64,000 bases of DNA. Origin: a bacterium. GTDB taxonomy: Archaea; Thermoplasmatota; E2; JACPAO01; JAHFTW01. The stretch's first letter is position 1. The number at the start of each line of letters is the position of its first letter. The DNA is taken from the NCBI GenBank assembly GCA_040390065.1, contig JAZJZE010000001.1, positions 160,001 through 224,000 on the forward strand. The letters run 5' to 3'. Positions 9,274 to 18,199 of this stretch are shown here, piece after piece. Both the position numbers and the translations under genes were made by a program. The notes under the pieces are model-generated. The model did not search any database, had not been told where the DNA came from, and was given only the letters and a program-made list of their open reading frames with translations.

Positions 9274-10679
9274 GTCCTCTTGGGAGCGGTGGTCGCGGCG
9301 CGTCGATGCGCGGCATGCGCGGCCGGAGCGGGAAGTGTCACGGCAAAGCGTGCGCCCTTGCCTGGCCCGTCACTGTGGGCGGCGAGCGAGCCGCGGTGAG
9401 CCTTCGCGATGGCGCGGGCGAAGAACAGGCCAAGGCCCAATCCGCCCTGCGTCTGCATGCGGGCTGCCTCGAGCTGGATGAAGGGCTCGAAGATGCGCTG
9501 GGCGTCCGCCGCGTCGAAGCCGCAGCCTTCGTCCTCGACGGCGAGGTCGGCGCCGCCCGCCAGCCGCTTCGCCGTGACCGTGATGCGTCCTCCCGGCTCG
9601 CTGAACCGGATGGCGTTGGAGAGCAGGTGATCCACGGCCTCGCGCAGTCGGGCCTCGTCGGCGACGACGGGCACGCTTCGCGGAACGCGAACGGCAAGCC
9701 GCAAGCCTGCGGCATCGGCCTTCGGCTTCCACGCGGCGGCTGCGGCCTCCAGCAGGGGCGAAAGGTCGGTGGGCGCCAGGGCCAGCGGCAGTTGCCCGGC
9801 CTGCACCTGCGACACGCGCACGACGCTGGAGATGACGTCCTCGAGTCGTTTGGCGTTGCGCACGGCTTGCCGTACGGCCGCTTGCTGCGGCTCGCTGTTC
9901 GGCGCGCCCTCCAAGGTCCGCAGCGAAAGCAGGAGCGGCGTCATCGGCGTCTGCAGTTCGTGGGCGGCCGAATTGATGAACGTGGTCTTCATTGCCTCGA
10001 GTTGGGCGTCCGTCTGCGGGGCCGCCTCGTCGGCGGACTCGGAGCGGTTGAGTGCGGCCCATTCAGGCATGCGTCGGGCCATTGCAGTGCGGGCGGCGGA
10101 GACGAGGGCGGGCGTCGAGGTCGAGCCGGCGTTTGCCGTCGCGGCCAGTGCCTCAGCCGCCAGGCTCGCTGCCGAAGGGCCGGTGCGTGCATGGCGCCGG
10201 CACAGGGACGAGTCCGGCCGCGCCAGGTTGTGGCAGGGCGCGCCGCTTGCCGTTTCGCCAGCGCAGCGCGCCTGCGGGACCGGTGGCGCCGTGCGGGCGC
10301 GCGTCGTGATGCGAGCGGTGGCCCGGCTGCCGGAGGGCGGCGCGCTGGCAGGCGCCGGGGCATCGACGCGGCCGTGCATATCGACGGCAATCGGCTTGCC
10401 GCAGTGGCCGCAATGGACGGTCGTTGGGACGACGAGTTGGCGGAACTCCAAGGCCTGGTGGCAGGTCGGGCAGGGGAAACGCAGGCGTTCGCGCGGGCTT
10501 GGCAACAGTCGATGCGTCGGCGCGCCAAAACGGCTCTTGGTCAGGACGACGGCGCCAAAGCGCGTGTTTCCGAAGACGACGCCGCGCCGGTGGACGCGGA
10601 CGTTGTAGACTTGGCCGAGCAGGGGCAGATTGTCGCGCACATGCTGCAGAGCCCATGCCGGAATCGTTGCCTTGCCCAT
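9270..10679 (-). CDS. Cytoplasmic sensor histidine kinase with zinc-finger input domain
   Basis: H-box AAHELQTPMT, N-box LLSNAIRFS, G1 DEGCG, G2 GGLGLGL; no TM segment; start MGKATIPAW at 10679. Confidence 0.9.
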   Translation of the reverse strand: MGKATIPAWALQHVRDNLPLLGQVYNVRVHRRGVVFGNTRFGAVVLTKSRFGAPTHRLLPSPRERLRFPCPTCHQALEFRQLVVPTTVHCGHCGKPIAVDMHGRVDAPAPASAPPSGSRATARITTRARTAPPVPQARCAGETASGAPCHNLARPDSSLCRRHARTGPSAASLAAEALAATANAGSTSTPALVSAARTAMARRMPEWAALNRSESADEAAPQTDAQLEAMKTTFINSAAHELQTPMTPLLLSLRTLEGAPNSEPQQAAVRQAVRNAKRLEDVISSVVRVSQVQAGQLPLALAPTDLSPLLEAAAAAWKPKADAAGLRLAVRVPRSVPVVADEARLREAVDHLLSNAIRFSEPGGRITVTAKRLAGGADLAVEDEGCGFDAADAQRIFEPFIQLEAARMQTQGGLGLGLFFARAIAKAHRGSLAAHSDGPGKGARFAVTLPAPAAHAAHRRAATTAPKRT

Positions 10680-10683
10680 CGTC

Positions 10684-10938
10684 TCACGGTCGTTGCGCAA
10701 TAGTGATGCGGGCGGTGTCGTCGCCGGCGGCCAGGATGTCGGGGATGCTTGTCGCGGCCGGGCGGGGGCGGGCAAAGTAGAGCAGGATGAGCGTCAGGAC
10801 GAAGGCCGCGTAGAGAAACAGCAGCGGAACCATCCAGCGCGACTCGTTGCGGGTGTAGTCGAGAACGACGGCGACGAAGAACAGGACGTTGGCCAGGAAG
10901 CCGATCTTCATGCCCCAGCGGACGGTGCGGCGCTTCAC
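10684..10938 (-). CDS. Small two-TM membrane protein
   Basis: 84 aa with two hydrophobic helices; GTGA overlap with the upstream gene. Confidence 0.7.
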   Translation of the reverse strand: MKRRTVRWGMKIGFLANVLFFVAVVLDYTRNESRWMVPLLFLYAAFVLTLILLYFARPRPAATSIPDILAAGDDTARITIAQRP

Positions 10939-11930
10939 AACGGGTGCCTCCCGAAGAGGCCGCCGAGTGTCACGAGAAGGGAGCCGCAGCCCATGGCGAT
11001 GCCGGCGCCGAGTTCGAGGTTGGAGCGGCGCGCAACCGAGGTGTCAGGGCCGCCGGGTGTCCCTGGCTGCGGGAACGGGTTTCCAGGGGTTCCTGGTTCA
11101 CCGGGCAGGCCCGGCTGGCCGGGCTGACCCGGGGTTCCGCTGGTTGCCGGGTAATTGTAGTACGACTGGTAGTACGACACGGGTGCGGCCGTCGAGTTGT
11201 AGTAAGCAGTCTGGCGGCCGTCAATGACGCTGTTGTTGTCGCAGTCGCCCGCCGTTGGGCAGGCGTCGACGTCGTCCGGGATGCCGTCGAGGTCGGTGTC
11301 TTGGACGTGCTGGGGGAGTTGGAGGTCAGCCGCCGCGGACGTCGAGCCGTACTGCAGCCATGTCAGCACGTCGAGGTCGCTCGCCGTCACCGTGAGTCCC
11401 AGCGTGTGGCCGCGTCCGAGGGAGGCGCCCGTCGTGCGCAGGAGCCAGGTGTCGTGGTACGGTACGAGGTTCTGCAGGCTCACGGTCTGCGTTTGCTCGC
11501 CAAGGAGGGTGGTGAGTCCGCTCGGCGCGACGTCGTGGAGTTCGACCGTGATCTCGGTGATCGCCTCGACGTTGACGAAGAAGTAGAGTTCGACGCGGGG
11601 CGAGGCTGCGATGCCGCGCGTGGCGTCCCAGCCCGTCGTCGAGTACCAGGAGATGGCAGGAGGCTGCAGTCCCAGCGGCAGCTGGCTCAAGATTGGAATC
11701 ATCGGCTGGTTGGCCGGCGACGAACCCGTCGGGGGAACGGTCGTCAGGAGGAGGACCTGGCCGCTCGTGCCGTTGGCTGCCCCGCTGTTCTGGCTGAGCC
11801 AGTAGTGGCTTTCGCTCACGGGGAAGGGAAAGGCGGTCGGGCCCGCCGCATCCCCAGCGGCAAAGGAGGGTGCCAAGACGGCAAATGCCGCAAGGAGGAT
11901 ACTTGGAAGTAGACGAAAGCGACGTCCCAT
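10935..11930 (-). CDS. Secreted, C-terminally anchored protein with Ca-binding-like motif and short collagen-like repeat
   Basis: Signal peptide, DTDLDGIPDDVDACP, GTPGQPGQPGLPGEPGTPG, C-terminal hydrophobic helix. Confidence 0.75.
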   Translation of the reverse strand: MGRRFRLLPSILLAAFAVLAPSFAAGDAAGPTAFPFPVSESHYWLSQNSGAANGTSGQVLLLTTVPPTGSSPANQPMIPILSQLPLGLQPPAISWYSTTGWDATRGIAASPRVELYFFVNVEAITEITVELHDVAPSGLTTLLGEQTQTVSLQNLVPYHDTWLLRTTGASLGRGHTLGLTVTASDLDVLTWLQYGSTSAAADLQLPQHVQDTDLDGIPDDVDACPTAGDCDNNSVIDGRQTAYYNSTAAPVSYYQSYYNYPATSGTPGQPGQPGLPGEPGTPGNPFPQPGTPGGPDTSVARRSNLELGAGIAMGCGSLLVTLGGLFGRHPL

Positions 11931-11944
11931 CTGATAACCCAGAA

Positions 11945-11994
11945 TTTGCGAATCTGAAGTCGTACTTAGGCGTTGCCTGGATGTTCGCGAATCT
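11945..11994. promoter_or_regulatory. Paired candidate operator sites TT(T/C)GCGAATCT
   Basis: 11945 TTTGCGAATCT and 11984 TTCGCGAATCT (palindromic core TTCGCGAA), just upstream of the operon and divergent from a TrmB gene. Confidence 0.4.
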
Positions 11995-12283
11995 CCAGGG
12001 CTTGTCCGCCAAACTGGCGTAACGCATGCTGGCGCGTCATCGAAAAGCGTGGCGGCGTCACGAAATCCATTGCTAAAGTGCGGGGGCCAATGGCCGACGG
12101 GCCTGATCGGGCGGTGCCTCCCTCCTTGCCGATATATGGCTTTTGGGCGTCTTGTTCATCGTTCTGAACAAACGACGACTCTTGTACCGGAGGCATGTCC
12201 CCTTTGCTGCACATGCGTGGCGATATGCATCAAGGCGTTGCCGATATGCGCTCGCCAATGACCCTTCGGCGCGGAGTTGGTGC

Positions 12284-13090
12284 ATGACCGACCCGCTGGC
12301 GATCGCGTTGGCCGACCTGGGCTTGGCCCTCGACGAGGCGCGCACATATGTCGAGCTCAACCGCACGGGTGCCAGTTCCGCCACCGACGTGGCGCGCGCA
12401 CTGCGAGTCTCGCGTCCACGGGCGTACCGGGCGCTGGAAGGCCTCGTGGGCAGCGGTCATGTGACCGCGAGTGTGGGGCGCCCCCGCATCTTCGCACCCG
12501 TGCCCCCGGCCATCGTCGTGAAGGGCCTGCAACTGCGCGCCCTAGCGCAGGTGGAGCTGCTCGAGCAAGCGCGCCGCGACCTCGTGCCCCGCATCCAGGC
12601 CCTCGGGGGCGCGGCCAAGGCGTCGCAGGAGCCGAGCTTCGCGTTGGTGCGGGGCCGCCAGGCGCTCGCAGCACAAGCCCAGCAACTCGCGGCCGGCGCG
12701 CACGGGGCCGTCGACATGCTCCTCGACGACGAAGCGGGCAAGGATGCGGTGAAGGTCCTGGGCGCCGCCTCCGCCCTGGCCGAGCGCGCACGTCAGGGGA
12801 TTGCGGTGCGCGTGCTTGTCCCCGCTGCGGTGCAGAGCCTGCAGCGCCTGCCCGCCGCCCTTCGCCTGCCCAACGTCGCGGTGCGGCAATGGCGGCGCGA
12901 GACCGTATCGACCTGTTTCCTCGCCGATCGCAAGGAGGCCGTCATCGTCGTCTCCGGCCGGAGCAAGGGTGAGATGGCGGACGAGGGGTGGCTCGCCATC
13001 CGCACGACGGCAGCGCACTTCGTCGCCACCAACCAGGCCATCTTCGACCGGATCTGGACGGCGTCGCCGCCCGAGACGGCCAAGCCCTGA
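12284..13090 (+). CDS. TrmB-family transcriptional regulator
   Basis: LGLALDEARTYVEL...SRPRAYRALEGLVGSG HTH, GRPRIFAPVPP, PLD-like C-terminal effector domain. Confidence 0.85.
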   Translation: MTDPLAIALADLGLALDEARTYVELNRTGASSATDVARALRVSRPRAYRALEGLVGSGHVTASVGRPRIFAPVPPAIVVKGLQLRALAQVELLEQARRDLVPRIQALGGAAKASQEPSFALVRGRQALAAQAQQLAAGAHGAVDMLLDDEAGKDAVKVLGAASALAERARQGIAVRVLVPAAVQSLQRLPAALRLPNVAVRQWRRETVSTCFLADRKEAVIVVSGRSKGEMADEGWLAIRTTAAHFVATNQAIFDRIWTASPPETAKP

Positions 13091-13141
13091 AGCTGGGCGC
13101 TCCTCTCAGCTTATGTCTTTGGCCGGGCTCGCCGGCACAGC

Positions 13142-14425
13142 ATGTCCAAGGTCGTCTCCGTCCACGCCCGCCAGGTCCTCGATTCGCGCGGCAATCCGAC
13201 GCTCGAGGCCGAGGTCACGACCGAGGAGGGCGCCTTCGGGCGTGCCATCGTCCCCTCCGGCGCCAGCACGGGGAGCCGCGAAGCCGTGGAGCTGCGCGAC
13301 GGGGGCAAGTCCTGGATGGGCAAGGCGGTCGCTGGCGCCGTGCGCAACGTGCAGGGTGAGATTGCCGCCGCCGTCGAGGGCGAGGACGTCTTCGACCAGA
13401 GCGGCATCGACGGCCGCATGGCCGAACTCGACGCCACGAAGAACAAGGGCCGCCTCGGCGCCAATGCGATTCTCGGCGTCAGCCTCGCAACCGCCCATGC
13501 TGCCGCGGACGAACTGGGAGTCCCGCTGCACCACTACCTCGGCGGTGCCGCCGGCCGCGTCCTGCCCGTGCCCATGCTCAACATCCTGAACGGCGGCGCC
13601 CACGCCGACTCGAACGTGTCCATCCAGGAGTTCATGGTCATCCCCGATGGCGCCGAGTCCTTCGCCGACGCCGTCCGCATGGGCGCCGAGGTGTACCACA
13701 ACCTCAAGAAACTCCTCAAGGCGGACGGCCTCGTGACGGCGGTCGGCGACGAGGGCGGATTCGCGCCCAACCTCAAGTCCAACGTCGCGGCCCTGGAGTA
13801 CATCGGCAAGGCCGTCAAGGCCGCCGGGCTCGAACTGGGCGAGGACATCCTGCTGGGCCTCGACGTGGCGGCAAGCGAGTTGTACGACCCGAAGAAGAAG
13901 CTGTACGACTTCGGCCCGGACGGCAAGAAATCGTCAGAACAGTCGATCGCCTTCTACGAGGACCTCGTCACGCGCTTCCCCATCGTCTCCATCGAGGACG
14001 GCATGGGCGAATCGGACTCTGCCGGCTGGGCGACGATGACGGAGCGCATGGGCCGCCACATCCAGATCGTCGGCGACGACAACTTCGTCACCAATCCGGC
14101 CCTCTTGGCAAAAGGCATCGAGGACAAGGTCGCCAATGCCATCCTCGTCAAGGTCAACCAGATTGGAACCCTGACGGAGACCTTGGACGTCATCCGCATG
14201 GCGCAAGAGGCCGGGTACGGCGCGGTCGTGAGCCACCGCAGCGGCGAAACGGAGGACACGACCATCGCGCATCTCGCCGTCGCCACCAATGCAGGCCAGA
14301 TCAAGACGGGGGCGCCCGCCCGCAGCGACCGCGTGGCCAAGTACAACGAGCTCATGCGTATCGAGGAGCGCCTCGGCGAGGCCGCCACGTGGCGCGGCCC
14401 GGCAACATTCGCCAAGTTCAGGTAG
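13142..14425 (+). CDS. eno: Enolase
   Basis: [37 protein letters not shown]. Confidence 0.98.
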   Translation: MSKVVSVHARQVLDSRGNPTLEAEVTTEEGAFGRAIVPSGASTGSREAVELRDGGKSWMGKAVAGAVRNVQGEIAAAVEGEDVFDQSGIDGRMAELDATKNKGRLGANAILGVSLATAHAAADELGVPLHHYLGGAAGRVLPVPMLNILNGGAHADSNVSIQEFMVIPDGAESFADAVRMGAEVYHNLKKLLKADGLVTAVGDEGGFAPNLKSNVAALEYIGKAVKAAGLELGEDILLGLDVAASELYDPKKKLYDFGPDGKKSSEQSIAFYEDLVTRFPIVSIEDGMGESDSAGWATMTERMGRHIQIVGDDNFVTNPALLAKGIEDKVANAILVKVNQIGTLTETLDVIRMAQEAGYGAVVSHRSGETEDTTIAHLAVATNAGQIKTGAPARSDRVAKYNELMRIEERLGEAATWRGPATFAKFR

Positions 14426-14627
14426 CCACAAACCAGCCTCACTTCCACAGGAAATGCTCCCCTTGTGATTGGTCTGGGGCAGACATGCGTAGCCACCCCT
14501 GGAATTGAAAACGAAGCCTTATCCGCGGCAAGCTCCGTTTCGCGTCCGGGATGGGAGCATTGGCTATGCCCTGCGGCCGGGCCAAACCGGCGGCAGGCCA
14601 GCCTGGCCCCCGCCCTGCGGGATCTGC

Positions 14628-15764
14628 ATGAAAGACATCATCCGTGAAGCTGTGGCCCGGGCCGAGATGGAACGACAGGCGCCAGCCCGCTTCGACCCTC
14701 GCGCCGCGGCGTCCGCGACGACCATCCACAACGCCCGCGACGGCGACCTGGAGACCGTCCTGCAATCCCTCACGACGAAGATCAAGGTCTTCGGCTGCGG
14801 CGGTGCCGGCTCCAACACCATCCAGCGCTGCACGGAAGTCGACCTCGGCGACATCGAACTCGTCGCCCTCAACACCGACGCGCAGCATCTGCTCGTCTCG
14901 CGCAGCCCCAACAAGATCCTCATCGGCCGACACCTCACGCGCGGCCTTGGCGCCGGAGCCCTTCCCCAGATTGGCGAGGAAGCCGCCCTGGAGACGGAGG
15001 CCGACATCCGCGCCGCCGTCACCAACACGGACATCGTCTTCGTCACCTGCGGCCTCGGCGGCGGCACCGGCACCGGTTCCGCGCCCGTCGTGGCGAAGCT
15101 CGCCCGCGAAGCCGGCGCCCTCACCATCGCAGTCTGCACCCTCCCCTTCAGCTACGAAGGTCCGGTCCGCATGGAGAACGCCCAGGCCGGCCTTGCCCGC
15201 TTGCGCGACGTGTGCGACACCGTCATCGTCATCCCCAACGACAAACTCCTCGAAATCGCCCCGCGCTTGCCGCTGCAGGCCGCCTTCCGCGCCGCGGACG
15301 AAGTCCTCATGCGCAGCATCAAGGGCATCACCGAGATCGTCACCAAGCCCGGCCTCGTCAACCGCGACTTTGCCGACCTCAAGACCATCATGAAGCGCGG
15401 CGGCGTGGCCATGATCGGCCTCGGCCAAAGCGACGGCCAGGACCGCGCCAAGGAAGCCGTCCTCGAAGCCCTCAGCTCCCCGCTTCTCGACGTCGACATC
15501 TCCGACGCCACCGGCGCCCTCATCAACGTCGTCGGCGGCCCCGACATGACGATGCAGGAAGTCATGTCCGTCGTCGAGGAGATCCACAACCGCGTCAACC
15601 GCGACGCCCGCATCCTCTGGGGTGCCTCCATCGACGACTCGCTCGAACGCACAATCCGCGCCATGCTCGTCATCACCGGCGTCAAGTCGCGGCAGATCCT
15701 GGGCCCAACGGCGAAGAAGATCGAGAGGCGTCAGAAAGAGATGGGTCTCGATTTCGTCCTCTGA
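14628..15764 (+). CDS. ftsZ: Cell division protein FtsZ
   Basis: [24 protein letters not shown]; C-terminal GLDFVL. Confidence 0.97.
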   Translation: MKDIIREAVARAEMERQAPARFDPRAAASATTIHNARDGDLETVLQSLTTKIKVFGCGGAGSNTIQRCTEVDLGDIELVALNTDAQHLLVSRSPNKILIGRHLTRGLGAGALPQIGEEAALETEADIRAAVTNTDIVFVTCGLGGGTGTGSAPVVAKLAREAGALTIAVCTLPFSYEGPVRMENAQAGLARLRDVCDTVIVIPNDKLLEIAPRLPLQAAFRAADEVLMRSIKGITEIVTKPGLVNRDFADLKTIMKRGGVAMIGLGQSDGQDRAKEAVLEALSSPLLDVDISDATGALINVVGGPDMTMQEVMSVVEEIHNRVNRDARILWGASIDDSLERTIRAMLVITGVKSRQILGPTAKKIERRQKEMGLDFVL

Positions 15765-15778
15765 CGGGCCCCGCCCGA

Positions 15779-15944
15779 ACACAGATTTCCCAGACCTGCC
15801 TCTGAATCATGTGGGCGTCGCGCACCAGAATTGCCCAGATGCACTTCCCCCGGCGTGGGGCCGCTGTTTCCGGAAACGAAAGTGCATCTGTGTCATTCTG
15901 ACGCAACCTGAGCGCCTCACAAATCCGTTCTGCGAAATCTGTGT
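15779..15944. repeat. Nested palindromic CAGA-repeat element, copy 2
   Basis: Outer arms ACACAGATTTCCCAGA / TCTGCGAAATCTGTGT; inner arms CAGAATTGCCCAGATGCACTT / AAGTGCATCTGTGTCATTCTG. Lies between convergent genes. Confidence 0.75.
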
Positions 15945-15997
15945 CCAGCGGGAAAAGGGCTTTGGCCAGGATGTCTGGGCACCGTGGGCCCGCCCGT

Positions 15998-17404
15998 CTA
16001 TTGACCGCCATCCAGCGATGGATGCAGCCCCCACTCGGGCTTCAACACGTACAGACCAGTGTGCATGTCGGGCACGACGAGGTAGCCCTGATGTGTCCAC
16101 CCTGCGCCCCAGACGAAGGGCACGAGCGGCACGGGGACTTGGAAGAACGTGGCTGGCACGACGTTGGGCAAGTCATGTGGCTGGAACGCGGCGAGTGTCA
16201 CGGGCTTGGCCTGGCGGTCCTTGGTGCTGACGTCGAACACCCAGGCGCCGCCGTGGTACCAGCCGATGGCCACTTGTCCGGTCGGCGTGGCGGCAATCTC
16301 GTGCGCCGAGAACATGTAGCCCTGCCAAGGCAGCGTGGGTTTGATGGGCAAGCGCCACGTTCCCAGCAATTGTGGGTGCGTCGGATCGGTGACGTTGACA
16401 ATCGACACGACGTCGCCCGTGCTGCCTTCCTGCGGGATGTTGACGAACGACTCGCCGGCGAGGATGACGAGGGCGCGGCCGTCGACGAGGTGCGGGATGG
16501 GCGTCTGCTCGTGCCAGCCGGTCCACGGGTCCGATGAGGGGCCGTCGTAGAGCAGTTTGGGGTCGGCCGGGTTCTCGATGTCGTAGATGCGGAAGCTGTT
16601 GGATGCCCCCGTGTAGAGGACCCACCTGCCCGTCGCGGGGTGGCGCTGCGCTGTGGCGTCGTGCACGCCGGGGACGGTCGCGGCCACGGAGAAGGTCTGC
16701 GTGGCGCGGTCGAACGCGACGATCTCGGTGATCTCGGTGAAGACGTAGTCGGTGCCGTTGATGTTGGCTGTCTGCAAGTTGTGCGAGCCTTGCACGTTCA
16801 CGAATGCGGCAAAACGCGGATTGGCCCGGTCCGTGACGTTCACGGCCACGATGCCGTTGCCTTCCTCGCCCGGAGCATGCGGTTTCGAGGCATCGACGCA
16901 CGTGCCCTCGACGCTCGACTGCGGGTTCAGGGGACCAAGCGTCTGGCAGCCGTAGAACACGTAGTTTCCGTCGTCGGAGAAACGCGCCGTCCAGCCGTCG
17001 GCTGTCGACGGGTACCACGACACCGCCTTGGGCGCCGCCGGGTCCTTGATGTCGATGATGGCGAAGGCCAAGCCGCCCTCCATGCCGGAGACCACGGCCC
17101 AGTCGCCCCAAACGTCGACTTGCGTGATGGAGCCGCGCGTGCCGACCGGCAGGATGTCCTGCAGGCCGACGTGGCCGACCACCTCGAGGCCGTGGCCGCC
17201 GGTGTGCAGTTCGGGCACCTCGTGTGCGTGGTCCGGGTCGATGACGGTCGAGAAGTCGAAGGTTGGCGCCGGCGGCACGAACGGGGGGAACGGGTCGACC
17301 GTCAGCGCCGATGGACCGCCATCCGAACCCGCGGGGCCCGTCGTGGAACAGCCGGCAGCGACGACGGCCACGGCAAGCAAGGCGGAAAGGGGGCTCAGGC
17401 GCAT
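15998..17404 (-). CDS. LVIVD-repeat beta-propeller lipoprotein
   Basis: Lipobox VAAGC; repeated IIDIKDPAAP / IYDIENPADP / IVNVTDPTHP; GWYHGG. Confidence 0.8.
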   Translation of the reverse strand: MRLSPLSALLAVAVVAAGCSTTGPAGSDGGPSALTVDPFPPFVPPAPTFDFSTVIDPDHAHEVPELHTGGHGLEVVGHVGLQDILPVGTRGSITQVDVWGDWAVVSGMEGGLAFAIIDIKDPAAPKAVSWYPSTADGWTARFSDDGNYVFYGCQTLGPLNPQSSVEGTCVDASKPHAPGEEGNGIVAVNVTDRANPRFAAFVNVQGSHNLQTANINGTDYVFTEITEIVAFDRATQTFSVAATVPGVHDATAQRHPATGRWVLYTGASNSFRIYDIENPADPKLLYDGPSSDPWTGWHEQTPIPHLVDGRALVILAGESFVNIPQEGSTGDVVSIVNVTDPTHPQLLGTWRLPIKPTLPWQGYMFSAHEIAATPTGQVAIGWYHGGAWVFDVSTKDRQAKPVTLAAFQPHDLPNVVPATFFQVPVPLVPFVWGAGWTHQGYLVVPDMHTGLYVLKPEWGLHPSLDGGQ

Positions 17405-17509
17405 GCCGGGGCAGACGGGGGCCGCCATATCGCATTTTTGCGCATCGGCATCCGGTCAAGCAAATCCACCCCAAGGCCCTTTAATGGCCCCCTCGGTCGC
17501 GCAGTTGCC

Positions 17510-18199
17510 ATGCCGGACCGAAAGGACCTGGACCGACCCGCGACCGTCATCCTCACCGCGTTCGGCATCGTGTTCATGGCCGCAAGCATCCCGTTCCTGC
17601 CGGGGCTCTACTGCCTGTCACAATCGCACAACCCGGACCTCTGCGACAAGTTGCCGGCGACAGCCGTCGTGTACGACGTCGCTTGGACCCGGGTGGCCAT
17701 CGGCTCGCCCCAAGCGACCACCCTCACGACGGCGCCCGGCGATGCAACGGCGACCATCACGGTCTCGGACCAGATCGTCGGCGACATCCACGTCAAGATG
17801 GCCGGCCCGTCCGAGTGCACCGACACCTACAACCGCAACACGCAGAGCCCGGCGACGATGACGTGGACCCTCAAGTTCGACGGAACCACCATCAAGGAGC
17901 CAACGACGTTCACATGCGGCGCCCCCTTCGACGAGACGGTGACCCGGCACGCCGAGCCAGAAGTTGCTGCCGTCAGGGCGCTCAACGACACCGATGCCGC
18001 GACGCAGGTCCACAACGCGACGAAGGCGCAACGTGAGACTGGCAGCTACACGCTTACCATCCATGCGGACCGGCAGCCCGGCACCGTCCCGGACCTTCCC
18101 CCGGCCAACCCTGCTGCGACGATCTCCATCAAGATGACCATCGTCGCCGACGGCTTCGCAAGTGCCGCCAACCTCCACAAGATGGAGGCGTCCAAGTGA
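17510..18199 (+). CDS. Membrane-anchored hypothetical protein
   Basis: N-terminal TM, Thr-rich beta domain; TTTAAT about 30 nt upstream; stop overlaps the permease start. Confidence 0.7.
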   Translation: MPDRKDLDRPATVILTAFGIVFMAASIPFLPGLYCLSQSHNPDLCDKLPATAVVYDVAWTRVAIGSPQATTLTTAPGDATATITVSDQIVGDIHVKMAGPSECTDTYNRNTQSPATMTWTLKFDGTTIKEPTTFTCGAPFDETVTRHAEPEVAAVRALNDTDAATQVHNATKAQRETGSYTLTIHADRQPGTVPDLPPANPAATISIKMTIVADGFASAANLHKMEASK

